A DNA stretch of 64,000 bases, taken from Acidimicrobiia bacterium. GTDB taxonomy: Bacteria > Actinomycetota > Acidimicrobiia > Spongiisociales > ZC4RG35. The notes beneath the pieces are model-generated. The model did no database searches and had not been told where the DNA came from. It saw nothing but the letters and a program-made list of their open reading frames with translations. The translations under genes were made by a program, and so were the position numbers. Location: positions 12,447-76,446 of the forward strand of contig DATHUP010000025.1 of NCBI GenBank assembly GCA_035462175.1. The letters are read 5' to 3'. Below are positions 9,551 through 18,993 of this stretch, one piece after another (within the stretch, counting starts at the first letter, position 1; every line of letters starts with the position of its first letter).

Positions 9551-10690
9551 GTGACTGTGATGGATTGGCTGCTCGATTCAGACCCCGCGATCCGGTGGCA
9601 GGTGATAAGGGATCTCACCGACGAGCCCGCGGAAGTCGTCGCCGCCGAGCGCGCCAAGATCGCCACCGAGGGGTGGGGGGCACGGCTGTTGTCACTGCAG
9701 GGCGCAGACGGTCAATGGGGCAGAGACGTGCTTCCTGCCTCGAGTCAGGGGGCGGGCGACGACCTCCCCGACGTCGGCACTCGAAAGCTCCTGCTCGAGC
9801 TGCACGATGTCTCCTTGGACCGGCTCGCCCAGTACTTGGACCTCGACACCGAGACCCTCTCCGCCTGGGAGAACGACCCGCAACCGAACCCCGAAGACGA
9901 AGGCTTCGACAAGTACCGGTCTGTGCTGAATTGGATGAGAAACGCCATCGGCACCTTGAAACCATCCTGGACCTCGACGACCTACACCCTGATGCTGCTC
10001 TGTGACATGGGCCTCGAGCCCGCCAGTGAGCAGGCTCGCCGCGCGGTAACACTGGTCCGGGACAACAGCAGGTGGGACCACGATGGCCAGCGCTTCTTCG
10101 ACGGAGAAGTCGAGCCGTGCATCAACGGCAAGGTTGTGGCGCTCGGTGCCTACTTCGGCCAGGACGTCGACGGTGTCGTCGAACGACTCCTCGGTGAGCA
10201 GCTCGACGACGGTGGGTGGAACTGCGAGGCGGAGAACGGCTCGGTCAGGTCGTCGTTCAACACGACGATCGCGGTTCTCGAAGGCCTGCTGGAGTACGAG
10301 GCCGCCAACGGACCTTCTCCGAACGTGAGCGCCGCCCGTCTCGAGGCCCAGGAGTACCTTCTGGAGCGACGCATGTTCCGCCGTCTTTCAACCGGCGAGA
10401 TCGCCGATCCCGCCTGGACACAGTTTTCGTACCCAACGTATTGGCACTACGACGTCTTGCGAGGACTCGACTACCTCCGGAGCGCCGGCGCCCAACCGGA
10501 TGAGAGGTGCGCCGAGGCGATCGCGCACCTGGAGAGCAAGCGGGACTCTGAGGGACGATGGCCCTTGGAGAACACCCATCCCGGTCGGGTTCACTTCGAG
10601 ATGGAGGAGGGCGACGGCAAGCCGAGCCGGTGGAACACGCTGCGCGCCATGCGTGTGTTGGAATGGTACGGAGGTGAGCCAGACCAATAG
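9551..10690 (+). CDS. alpha/alpha-toroid (prenyltransferase / squalene-cyclase-repeat-like) protein
   Basis: 379 aa with repeated QxxDGxWG-like motifs (LQGADGQWG, QLDDGGWNCE, RDSEGRWPLE), as in terpenoid-cyclase/prenyltransferase-fold proteins. Confidence 0.55.
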   Translation: MTVMDWLLDSDPAIRWQVIRDLTDEPAEVVAAERAKIATEGWGARLLSLQGADGQWGRDVLPASSQGAGDDLPDVGTRKLLLELHDVSLDRLAQYLDLDTETLSAWENDPQPNPEDEGFDKYRSVLNWMRNAIGTLKPSWTSTTYTLMLLCDMGLEPASEQARRAVTLVRDNSRWDHDGQRFFDGEVEPCINGKVVALGAYFGQDVDGVVERLLGEQLDDGGWNCEAENGSVRSSFNTTIAVLEGLLEYEAANGPSPNVSAARLEAQEYLLERRMFRRLSTGEIADPAWTQFSYPTYWHYDVLRGLDYLRSAGAQPDERCAEAIAHLESKRDSEGRWPLENTHPGRVHFEMEEGDGKPSRWNTLRAMRVLEWYGGEPDQ

Positions 10691-10729
10691 GTGTTGTCGT
10701 CTCACACCCACCCGGAAGACCGAGTTTGC

Positions 10730-10945
10730 CTAGAACGTGACGACCTTGTCGGCCCAGATCGTCCAGTTGCCGAGCTCTTCCCGTGTTGATCGGTGGACGC
10801 CCTCGACCAGCAGGTTGTCCGTGATTCCTCTCGCATCTAGGCAGGTGGTGCAGGCACCGATCAGGACGTCTCGCCGGACCAGTGAGGCAAGCATGCGATC
10901 GAGGTTGTAGCACCTTCGTCGCTGACGTGGTCTGCTGCCTTTCAT
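10730..10945 (-). pseudogene. YchN/DsrE-family sulfur-relay protein; C-terminal half only (5'-truncated remnant)
   Basis: YNLDRMLASLVRRDVLIGACTTCLDARGITDNLLVEGVHRSTREELGNWTIWADKVVTF aligns with the last 60 aa or so of E. coli YchN (GYNIQQML..CKTCTDGRGI..ADKVLTF). Only 57 nt separate it from the upstream MFS stop, and there is an in-frame stop just upstream. Confidence 0.6.
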
Positions 10946-11002
10946 CGAGGGTTGCGTTCATGAGTCATATGACAATGCCAGGAGCCGCAGGCAGGTAGAG
11001 GC

Positions 11003-12274
11003 TTAGCTCCTATCTGCAGGGGAGGTCCTCGGAAGGGTCTCTCTCAGCCTGACGATCACGTCGAGACCGCTGGCCGCGGTGATGGCTGCGACGGCCACGA
11101 TGGCTGTCTCGATCGAGTAGAGATCGGCCAGCACACCTGCAAGCACCGCACCGACGGCGAATCCGACATCTCGCCACAGGCGGTACACGCCGACAGCGGC
11201 GCCTCGCCACGTGGGGTGGGCAACGTCGCTCACGGCGGCGATGAGAGTGGGATACGCCATCGCGGTCCCGGCCCCGAAGAGCACACTCCCGGCCACCCAG
11301 TACCCGATGCTTCCACCCGCCGCGATCAGAAGAAGCCCGGCCGCCTCGGTGAGCTGGCCGGCGGCTATGAGCCATTTACGGCCGATCCGGTCGGAAAGGG
11401 CTCCGGTGCCGAGCTGGCCGATTCCCCATACGGCGGGGGCGATGGCGATGAGTGCGCCGATGGTGGAGAGCTCGAGCCCGGCGCCGGCATAGAGGAGGGG
11501 GAGCAGCCCCCAGGCCATGCCTTCGTTGAGGTTGTTGACCAGCCCGGCCTGGGAAGCGGATGCCAGGGTCCTGTCTCGCCAGCTGGTGAGGGCGAATACT
11601 TGTCCCGGGGTGAGGTCTCCTGCCCGGGCATTCGGATCCCGGGCAAAGGCGGCGATTTCGTGAACAGCGTGATCTCTGGTCTCTCTGACGAAGAGGGCCG
11701 AGAGCCCCAATCCGAGCGCGGCGAAGGCGATGCCAAGGAAGAACGGCGCCGGCCGGAGCCCGGCGGTCTCGGCGATGGCGCCCGTGGCCCATGCGGCCAG
11801 GGCCACTGCGCCGTACCCGGCGGCTTCGTTGAACCCCATGGCGGTGCCCCGACGACGCGGGCCGACCAAGTCGATCTTCATGATCACGGTGACGGACCAG
11901 GTCAGGCCCTGGTTGACCCCGAGGAGGATGTTGGCGGCGATGATCCATCCCCAGGTCGGCGCCCAGATGAGTAGCAGCGGGACGGGCAGGGCGATCAGCC
12001 ATCCGGCGACGAGGACCGGCCTACGCCCATACCGGTCGGCGAGCCGGCCGGCGAAGTAGTTGACGACGGCCTTGGTGATACCGAAGGCGGCGATGAAGGA
12101 CAGCATCCCGGTTCGGGCCGTCATCCCGAACTCCGACTCGGCGAGGAGGGGCACGACGGTTCGTTCCTGACCGACCATCCCGCCGACCAGGGCGTTCACC
12201 GCCACTAAGAGCAGGAACTGGGGGAGATTCTCCTTGAGCCCCATGTTGACCGATTGGTCTCTGGGACGAGTCAC
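11003..12274 (-). CDS. MFS transporter
   Basis: 423 aa with about 12 hydrophobic segments and the MFS loop motif GRLADRYGRRPVL. Its GTG start overlaps the upstream stop (GTGA). An alternative ATG lies at 12244. Confidence 0.8.
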   Translation of the reverse strand: MTRPRDQSVNMGLKENLPQFLLLVAVNALVGGMVGQERTVVPLLAESEFGMTARTGMLSFIAAFGITKAVVNYFAGRLADRYGRRPVLVAGWLIALPVPLLLIWAPTWGWIIAANILLGVNQGLTWSVTVIMKIDLVGPRRRGTAMGFNEAAGYGAVALAAWATGAIAETAGLRPAPFFLGIAFAALGLGLSALFVRETRDHAVHEIAAFARDPNARAGDLTPGQVFALTSWRDRTLASASQAGLVNNLNEGMAWGLLPLLYAGAGLELSTIGALIAIAPAVWGIGQLGTGALSDRIGRKWLIAAGQLTEAAGLLLIAAGGSIGYWVAGSVLFGAGTAMAYPTLIAAVSDVAHPTWRGAAVGVYRLWRDVGFAVGAVLAGVLADLYSIETAIVAVAAITAASGLDVIVRLRETLPRTSPADRS

Positions 12275-13611
12275 CCTTCCGTGGCCAGACTACCCAGCCG
12301 GCCGGGCTCTCCTGCGAACACGGCAGTGTCTGAATGGCCGGCACGAGCGAGGAGGCTGGCGGCAGTCATCGCCCGCTCACCGCGTCCACAGTGGACCAGC
12401 ATTCCGGTGCGGGGCAGATCATTGGCCGCCTCAGCGATTTGGCCTAGCTCGATGTGGATTGCTTCCGGCAGGTGGCCGGACCGATGCTCGGAGCTCTGGC
12501 GAACGTCGAGGATCGCTCGGGCTCCGACGGGATGGTCGATGATGGGGATCCGAGAGACTTGTCGTCCCGCCTGCCTCCATGCGTCGATCCCGCCGGCCAA
12601 CTCGCCGAGGACATTCTCGAATCCCACGGTCAAGGCGGCCCACACCAGGTCCTGGCGATCCACCTCGTCGTCGGCGATGAAGACCAGAGGGGTGCCTCGG
12701 GGAACCAGCCACCCCAGCCAGGTGGCGAACTGACTTCTCCAAGGATTCGACAGTGCTCCTGGCACGTGGCCATCGGCGAAGGCCTCGATGCCTCGGACAT
12801 CGACCAGCTCGGCTCCGTCGGAGATCGCTGTATCCATCTCGGCGACGGTCAGCCTGGGAAGAGGCGACAGCGGCGTCCCATGGACCCGGGCGCCTTGCCG
12901 GTTCACCTCCCGCAACTCGAGGAAGTAGGGCGGAAAGGACCCATAGCCTGCGAGCAGTCGCGCCACGAACGTGTCTTCGTCGGGATCGCCAGCGAACAAC
13001 GGATTGGACCGCCGCTCGACTCCGATGGTCGTGGTCCGTTCCGAAGCCGAGCCGACCGAACAGAATGAACCGGCGCCATGGGTGGGGTAGACGGACAGAC
13101 TCTCGGGGAGGGTGAAGAGACGCTGCTTGATCGATCGGTACGCGGCACGAGCCAGCGGCTCGGTCTGGTCGACGGAGAGTAGATCGGTGCGGGCCACTCC
13201 GCCGGTCATGAGCGTCCCCCCTGAGAAGAGGGCAACCGGCGCGGAGCCGTCCAGGAGCAGATAGGAGAGATGCTCGGGAGTGTGTCCCGGGGTGGCGATC
13301 ACTCTCAGCGTCAATCCTCCCAGGTCGATCTCGTCTCCGTCGTGGAGGCGTCGATGCGGATAGGCGAGATCCGACCCGGCCGGCGCCCACAGCTCGGCGC
13401 CCACGGCGCTCAGCTCCCGGCCACCGGAGACGAAGTCGGCGTGGAGATGGGTCTCCACCACGAACCGGGCCTCCAGACCCAGCCGATCCAACTCAGACAG
13501 ATAGGGGCGAGGGTCCCGCTCCGGATCTACCACGAGAGCTCCACCGTCGCCGAGATCCACCAGATAGGAGCTGTTGCCCAGGCCCTCATCGACTACCGCA
13601 TTCACCGACAT
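12271..13611 (-). CDS. MBL-fold hydrolase (persulfide-dioxygenase-like) fused to two rhodanese domains
   Basis: Starts at ATG 13611 (MSVNAVVDEGLGNSSYLVDL). Contains THLHADFVSG and ATPGHTPEH metallo-beta-lactamase motifs, then two rhodanese-like domains. The last one has the active-site loop HCGRGERA. The track ORF extends upstream, but that part is antisense to the ArsR gene. Confidence 0.8.
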   Translation of the reverse strand: MSVNAVVDEGLGNSSYLVDLGDGGALVVDPERDPRPYLSELDRLGLEARFVVETHLHADFVSGGRELSAVGAELWAPAGSDLAYPHRRLHDGDEIDLGGLTLRVIATPGHTPEHLSYLLLDGSAPVALFSGGTLMTGGVARTDLLSVDQTEPLARAAYRSIKQRLFTLPESLSVYPTHGAGSFCSVGSASERTTTIGVERRSNPLFAGDPDEDTFVARLLAGYGSFPPYFLELREVNRQGARVHGTPLSPLPRLTVAEMDTAISDGAELVDVRGIEAFADGHVPGALSNPWRSQFATWLGWLVPRGTPLVFIADDEVDRQDLVWAALTVGFENVLGELAGGIDAWRQAGRQVSRIPIIDHPVGARAILDVRQSSEHRSGHLPEAIHIELGQIAEAANDLPRTGMLVHCGRGERAMTAASLLARAGHSDTAVFAGEPGRLGSLATEG

Positions 13612-13623
13612 CGAGACCACCTT

Positions 13624-13687
13624 CTCAAGCCATCGTTTGAGTATGCTGCCGTGGTCTGGCAGGATAATCAAGGCGACGCTTGAATAT
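13624..13687. promoter_or_regulatory. divergent control region with two inverted repeats (candidate ArsR/BigR-type operators)
   Basis: CTCAA-N8-TTGAG at 13624-13641, and ATAATCAAGG-cgac-GCTTGAATAT (8 of 10 arm matches) at 13664-13687. Both lie in the 75-bp gap between the MBL-rhodanese and ArsR-rhodanese genes. Confidence 0.4.
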
Positions 13688-14391
13688 TGGCACGCGCAGG
13701 GAGTGGATTGAGGACTCGGGATAGGCGAAAGGCCAAAGACGCCCTTTTCGAAGGGTTCGCCGCCATGGCCGCTGCGATGGCCTCTGGTCGCCGTGCCGAG
13801 ATCGTGGAGGTGCTTGCTCAGGGAGAGCGGACGGTCGAGGAGACGGCTGATGCGATCGGCCAGTCTTTGGCCAACACGTCGCATCATCTCCGCACTCTGG
13901 CCCGGGCCGGACTTGTCGCCACCCGCCGTGAGGGCACCCGCATCTATTACCGGTTGGCCTCGGATCAGGTGTTGGACTCCTGGCTTGCCCTTCGCCGGCT
14001 GGCAGCCGAACAACTCGACGACATCGAGGATCTGGCCCGCGCCTACCTGGGCGACCGCAACGACCTCGAAGTGATCAGCCGTGCCGAGCTCGAGCCGAGA
14101 CTCCGGGATGGGGACCTGGTCCTCATCGACGTTCGACCCGAATCGGAGTACGAGGCGGGACATCTACCGGGAGCCATATCCATCCCGCCGGATCAACTCG
14201 AAGATTTGGACCACCTCATGTCCACCATCCCCCCCGACCAGGAGATCGTCGCATATTGTCGGGGCCCCTACTGCGTCTTCGCCGACGACGCCATCCGGCA
14301 TCTGGCGGGCCAGGGCCGGTCTGCCACCCGGCTGGTGGAAGGCGTTCCCGAGTGGCGTCGGGGGGGCGGTGAGGTCGAGACAGGGAGATGA
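13687..14391 (+). CDS. ArsR-family regulator fused to a C-terminal rhodanese domain
   Basis: RRAEIVEVLAQGERTVEETADAIGQSLANTSHHLRTLARAGLV is the wHTH. It is followed by LIDVRPESEYEAGHLPGAISIP..AYCRGPYCVFA (rhodanese with catalytic Cys). Start is uncertain: TTG 13687 or TTG 13708. Confidence 0.8.
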   Translation: MARAGSGLRTRDRRKAKDALFEGFAAMAAAMASGRRAEIVEVLAQGERTVEETADAIGQSLANTSHHLRTLARAGLVATRREGTRIYYRLASDQVLDSWLALRRLAAEQLDDIEDLARAYLGDRNDLEVISRAELEPRLRDGDLVLIDVRPESEYEAGHLPGAISIPPDQLEDLDHLMSTIPPDQEIVAYCRGPYCVFADDAIRHLAGQGRSATRLVEGVPEWRRGGGEVETGR

Positions 14392-14394
14392 AGG

Positions 14395-15807
14395 ATGACG
14401 GAAGAGTTCGACGTGGTGATAGTCGGGGTTGGAACCGCCGGTGAGGACCTGGCCCTGCAACTGCTCGACGCGGGATTGGAGGTAGCGGGCGTCGAGCCTC
14501 AGCTAGTCGGCGGCGAGTGCCCGTATTGGGCTTGCATCCCCTCCAAGATGGCGATCCGCGCCGCCAACCTCCTCGCCGAAGCCCGGCGGGTCGACGGTGT
14601 CGCCGGCCGGGCGCAGATCACACCTGACTGGTCGCAAGTGGCCACACGGATCCGGGAGGAGGCCACGGCAAACTGGGACGACAGCGCCGCCGTCACCCGG
14701 TTCGAGGGCAAGGGGGGCCGGCTGGTTCGAGGATGGGGCCGGTTGACGGGGCCACGATCCGTAGCCGTCGGTCAGCACACCTTTCATGGACGGCTCGGAG
14801 TGGTCATTGCCACCGGGTCGAAACCGGCGATCCCGCCGATACCTGGTCTCGCCGATGTTGCCCACTGGACGACCCACGAGGCCATCGCCGCCGACCCGTT
14901 GCCGGACTCGATGGTCGTCCTCGGTGGCGGGGCCGTCGGCTGTGAGCTTGGCCAGGTCTTCTCCCGTTTCGGCGTCGAGGTGACCATCGTCGAAGGCCGG
15001 GATCGAATACTTCCTTTGGAAGAGCCGGAAGCGTCCCTGCTGATCGGATCCGTGCTCGAGAGCGAAGGGATCGAGGTCCGCACCGGTATGCGGGTCGAGA
15101 GTGCCGGCGGGGCCGATGACGACGTGGAACTGATTTTGGAGGGAGGAGCGACTGTCCCGGCGAATCGGGTTCTCGTGGCCACCGGGAGGACGGTGGACCT
15201 CTCGCAGCTGGGTCTCGACTCGGCCGGGGTCGCCACGAACGGTCGTTTCATAGACGTCGACGACCGGATGCGCGCCGGTGACGGCACTTGGGCAATGGGC
15301 GACATCACGGGGAAGGCAATGTTCACCCACGCCGCGCTGCAGCAGTCGGCGATGATCGCGGGCGACATCCTGGGGCGTGACCAATCACCAATCCGTTACG
15401 AGGCGATGCCCAGGGTCACCTTCACCGACCCCGAAGTCGGATCGGTCGGGCTCAGCGAAGCACAGGCCAAAGAGCGGGGGCTCGACGTCGCCGTTGCGGT
15501 CAAGAACGTCCCATCGACATTCCGCGGCTGGCTACACGACACCAACATCCAGGGCCTGATCAAGCTGGTCATCGACACCGGAGCGGGGACATTGGTCGGG
15601 GCCACCGTGGTCGCTCCCAGCGGGGGAGAGGTGCTCGGGCTACTCAGCCTCGCCGTTCACGAGCGAACACCGATAGACGCTCTTCGCAACATGACCTACG
15701 CCTTCCCCACCTTCCACGGAGGTATCGGTGAAGCTCTCGGCGCCTACGCCCGAGGCACGGGCAAGGTGATCGACCCTGCGTACGAAATGAGCGGGCACCT
15801 CGTTTGA
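14395..15807 (+). CDS. class I pyridine-nucleotide disulfide oxidoreductase (dihydrolipoamide dehydrogenase / mercuric reductase family)
   Basis: FDVVIVGVGTAGE (FAD motif), redox-active GGECPYWACIPSK, a second Rossmann motif VVLGGGAVGCE, and a dimerisation motif FPTFHGG. Confidence 0.8.
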   Translation: MTEEFDVVIVGVGTAGEDLALQLLDAGLEVAGVEPQLVGGECPYWACIPSKMAIRAANLLAEARRVDGVAGRAQITPDWSQVATRIREEATANWDDSAAVTRFEGKGGRLVRGWGRLTGPRSVAVGQHTFHGRLGVVIATGSKPAIPPIPGLADVAHWTTHEAIAADPLPDSMVVLGGGAVGCELGQVFSRFGVEVTIVEGRDRILPLEEPEASLLIGSVLESEGIEVRTGMRVESAGGADDDVELILEGGATVPANRVLVATGRTVDLSQLGLDSAGVATNGRFIDVDDRMRAGDGTWAMGDITGKAMFTHAALQQSAMIAGDILGRDQSPIRYEAMPRVTFTDPEVGSVGLSEAQAKERGLDVAVAVKNVPSTFRGWLHDTNIQGLIKLVIDTGAGTLVGATVVAPSGGEVLGLLSLAVHERTPIDALRNMTYAFPTFHGGIGEALGAYARGTGKVIDPAYEMSGHLV

Positions 15808-15816
15808 TCCGAGGGA

Positions 15817-15839
15817 GGAGGGTCGTCCTGAGACCCTCC
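15817..15839. terminator. stem-loop between convergent genes (possible bidirectional terminator)
   Basis: GGAGGGTC-gtcctga-GACCCTCC is a perfect 8-bp stem. There is no U-tract. Confidence 0.35.
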
Positions 15840-15872
15840 GGCCGGCCCGTCGGGCGCAAGCGGACCAAGGTC

Positions 15873-16955
15873 TCAGAGACCGGCGATCTCCAGGCCGAGC
15901 CAGGCGGCCAGGTCTTCGATCTCGGCGTGCACCGCACTTCTGGTCGCCTGGTCGAACGGCACGTCCTCGTGGATGGCGTGCACCTGGAGGATCCCGCTCT
16001 TGCGGTCAGCCCTGGCATCGAGTTTCCCGACGAGCCGATCCTGGTGTAGCACGGGCAGGGCGAAATATCCCCAGCGGCGCTCCGCCTTCGGCTTGTACAT
16101 TTCGAGCACGTACTCGAAGTCGAACAGCTCGGCGGCGCGCGCCCTGTTGTGCACCAGCCGGTCGAACGGGGAGAGCAGGGCCGTGCGCCCGGAGAAGGGC
16201 TGTCCCAATGCGTCGGGATCGACTCGCCACGTCCCGGGCAACCCTTCGACGATGGCCGGCTCACCCACCGCGCCGACGTCATGCGGCTCGAGGGGCACGG
16301 CCTGCGCCTTGTCACGGGCGATGCCCAGGGATTGGAGTCGTCGCTCGTTCCTGACCCGGCTTGCTTCCTCGGCTGGGATCGCAGGCACGTCGGGGTACAC
16401 CCGTTGTGCCAAGTCCCACCGACGTTGGCGGCCCTGGCGACCGGCGATGGCGACCTCGCCGCGCATCATGAGGAACTCCAGCATCTGGGTGACGTTGCGG
16501 TCGTTGGTCCAGCCGCTCGATCCCCACGGCACCACGCTGGTGTCGGGTATGTCTCTGGATAGGAGCGGCCCGGCCTCGCCGAGCCGTTCCAGGACGTCGC
16601 GGCGGAAGCTCTCGTTGTCTTCGAGCCACCGCCGGGGACGCTCGCGGGTGGGCGAGGCGGCCATGCCGGCGAGGAAGAGGCCCAGGTCGGCCATAGGCCG
16701 GATCATGGCGTTTTGCTCGAACAGGGTCCGATCGCGTTCGAGGGCTTGTTGGAGTTGCTCGGGCCGATAGGAGGAGCCGATCCGGCTCCAGGCGACGAGG
16801 TCGGCGCTGGGGGCGATGGCGGCGGTGGGGTCGATCTGCACCAGGGTCAGTCGCTGCACGACATCGACCAGATCGGTGGGTCGGGGGGAGTCGAGTAGCT
16901 GGGCACGGACCGCGATGCGCCGCGCCTCGACGAGATCGAGATGGTGGGTCTCCAC
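15873..16955 (-). CDS. YcaQ/AlkZ-family winged-helix DNA glycosylase-like protein (DUF1006)
   Basis: 360 aa. ARRIAVRAQLLDSPRPTDLVDVVQRLTLVQIDPTAAIAPSADLVAWSR and the C-terminal YFALPVLHQDRLVGKLDARADRK match the family. Confidence 0.75.
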   Translation of the reverse strand: METHHLDLVEARRIAVRAQLLDSPRPTDLVDVVQRLTLVQIDPTAAIAPSADLVAWSRIGSSYRPEQLQQALERDRTLFEQNAMIRPMADLGLFLAGMAASPTRERPRRWLEDNESFRRDVLERLGEAGPLLSRDIPDTSVVPWGSSGWTNDRNVTQMLEFLMMRGEVAIAGRQGRQRRWDLAQRVYPDVPAIPAEEASRVRNERRLQSLGIARDKAQAVPLEPHDVGAVGEPAIVEGLPGTWRVDPDALGQPFSGRTALLSPFDRLVHNRARAAELFDFEYVLEMYKPKAERRWGYFALPVLHQDRLVGKLDARADRKSGILQVHAIHEDVPFDQATRSAVHAEIEDLAAWLGLEIAGL

Positions 16956-17050
16956 GGTCGGAGGCTAGATGCTCCTGATCGGGGGCGTTCCTCCAGCGAC
17001 GGGCGCCAGACAGGTGTGACCCTGGTTGCGGTCGGCTCCGGGCCGGCGGG

Positions 17051-17371
17051 TCAGACTCCGCGCTTCGAGATGGTCCGCTGGGTGCGCTGCTCCACCCACT
17101 GAGGTGAGAACACAGGGACGATCGTCGCCACGACGTGAACGACGAGCCCGATGACCCAGATCAGCAGCGGCCACCAGAACCACCACGTGCCGTTGTCGCC
17201 CCGGGTCGCCCAGTTGATGGCGACCAGACCGGCATTGATCACAAAGAACACCAGCAAGTGGATGTACAGCCCCTGAACCATCTCGGCCCGCTCCCGGGCC
17301 TGCCGGTAGGCCTCATCTGGGAGGCTTTCCGTTGTCGCTTCAGTCGAAGCAGTGAGATCGGTATCCATCAT
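17051..17371 (-). CDS. 2TM-domain membrane protein
   Basis: Starts at MMDTDL. RERAEMVQGLYIHLLVFFVINAGLVAINW..WWFWWPLLIWVIGLVVH is typical of the 2TM family. Confidence 0.6.
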   Translation of the reverse strand: MMDTDLTASTEATTESLPDEAYRQARERAEMVQGLYIHLLVFFVINAGLVAINWATRGDNGTWWFWWPLLIWVIGLVVHVVATIVPVFSPQWVEQRTQRTISKRGV

Positions 17372-17542
17372 GATGACGACCATATGACAGGCGCATGCCT
17401 GCATGTAGGGCCATATGGCCCGAACCGCCACCCTCGACTTTCCTCGAACACGAGCCGACATCGACAGGGGCTAACGGCTCTACCCAATCGCCACCTCGAG
17501 GACTGACAATGTCAACGCGGACAAAGGGGGACGTCCGCAGGA

Positions 17543-17935
17543 ATGGAGGTGGACGCAATGGAGTGGGATCTCGGGTTGCAAGGATTGGCTGTGCTCGCAG
17601 CGATGTCACTCGCCTTTGGTGTCATCGCCCAACTCTTCTTCGGAGAGACGACGACACGCTGGCTCTGGGCCATCGTCGCGACCGCACATTTCCTTGGTGG
17701 CCTTCTCATCAGCGAGGTCTGGTTTGGGTGGGCGACCGAAGAGGAACTGCAACCGAACATCGACGGGCTGTCGTTCGACGAAGTGCTCCTCATCGGGTTG
17801 ATCCCCGTGGTGCTGGCCGTTCTCGCCACCTGGTACTTCGCACATCGGCATCGTCGCGCGACCGCGGCCGGCGCTCCGGATGATGGCGAGTCGGCGAGCA
17901 CGCCCTCGTCAGACTTCGAACTCGACCGGCGCTAG
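17543..17935 (+). CDS. hypothetical integral membrane protein
   Basis: 130 aa with 3-4 hydrophobic segments. An alternative start is at 17558. No family recognised. Confidence 0.45.
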   Translation: MEVDAMEWDLGLQGLAVLAAMSLAFGVIAQLFFGETTTRWLWAIVATAHFLGGLLISEVWFGWATEEELQPNIDGLSFDEVLLIGLIPVVLAVLATWYFAHRHRRATAAGAPDDGESASTPSSDFELDRR

Positions 17936-17993
17936 ACCACTCGATGGAATAGGCGGGACTCTGTTTGGGTAGCCGTCGAGAGCCCGGTGTGGA

Positions 17994-18968
17994 TCAGGTT
18001 CCCTGCATGAATGACGTGATGTGGCTACGGACCAGGTCGGGGAATTCGAGATAGCTGAAATGACCACCTGGAAGCACGCTCAGACATCCTCGTCGCATCC
18101 CTTCTGCCACTCTGGCTGATGCCCCGATGGGAACGAAGTCGTCGTCTCCGTGGAGGACGAGGGTGGGAATGTCGAGTCGGCTCAACGCCGGGACGAGGTC
18201 GTAGTCCGGGGATGACCAGGTCTGGTCATATAGGCGGTACTCGATCGCCCGAGCCTTGCGGACCGACTCGTTGTCGAAGTGAGTGCGGAGACGACCGATG
18301 ACCAATTCGACATGGTCTGCAGTCTGCACGGCCGGCCGGTAGTGGATCCGGTAGTACTCCGCCTCGGCATCGAGGTCCCCGTCCTGATAACGATCGGTCG
18401 ACCTGATCGACTCCATCCGCTCGATATCCCCAGCCGGTCGGATGCGGCCAAGATACTCGCGGAACTGCAAGAGGTCCTGGTGCGAGGCGGGTGCGGTGTT
18501 CATGAGGATGAGTTGGGAGACATGATCCGGATGGCTGATGACGTACTCCATGGCGAGGATCCCACCCCATGAATGGCCGAGGACGGCGAACGAATCCAAG
18601 TCGAACCAGCGGCGGATCGACTCCAGGTCCTCGACGTCGGAGCGAATGCCGACTTCCTCGGCCTGAACACCTTCGGCCGATCTGCCACGTCCCCGCTGGT
18701 CGTAATAGATGAGACGGAACGAATCGGCCAGACGGTCCATCTCGGGGAGCAGGTAGCAGTGGTCGAAGTCCGGCCCGCCGTGGAGGATGACGATGGGCAT
18801 GCCCTCGCCGATGTCCCGGTAATACAGCCGCGCACGCCTGACCGGGATGTGGCCCTCACGGGCGCCGGGGAGATCCAACGCTTTGGTGCTCACTGTGGCG
18901 CAATCTCCGGTGACTGCATGTCCACCGAGCAAAGCTACTACCGGTATACGCGAGGCCGACCAAGCCAT
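17994..18968 (-). CDS. alpha/beta hydrolase (proline-iminopeptidase-like)
   Basis: IVILHGGPDFDH, YYDQRGRGRS, and the nucleophile elbow LGHSWGG. The true start may be the internal GTG (VSTKAL). Confidence 0.75.
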   Translation of the reverse strand: MAWSASRIPVVALLGGHAVTGDCATVSTKALDLPGAREGHIPVRRARLYYRDIGEGMPIVILHGGPDFDHCYLLPEMDRLADSFRLIYYDQRGRGRSAEGVQAEEVGIRSDVEDLESIRRWFDLDSFAVLGHSWGGILAMEYVISHPDHVSQLILMNTAPASHQDLLQFREYLGRIRPAGDIERMESIRSTDRYQDGDLDAEAEYYRIHYRPAVQTADHVELVIGRLRTHFDNESVRKARAIEYRLYDQTWSSPDYDLVPALSRLDIPTLVLHGDDDFVPIGASARVAEGMRRGCLSVLPGGHFSYLEFPDLVRSHITSFMQGT

Positions 18969-18993
18969 ACCTCCGTCCCGTTAATCTCCGCCG

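Noticed and set aside
13612-14163. N-terminal extension of the MBL-rhodanese ORF (track 12271..14163)
   Set aside because: It is antisense to the ArsR-rhodanese gene. Family homology starts at MSVNAVVDEG (13611).
17409-17420. 12-bp perfect palindrome GGCCATATGGCC in the divergent region between two membrane-protein genes
   Set aside because: It is an isolated short palindrome with no repeat copies or adjacent regulator. Chance occurrence is plausible.
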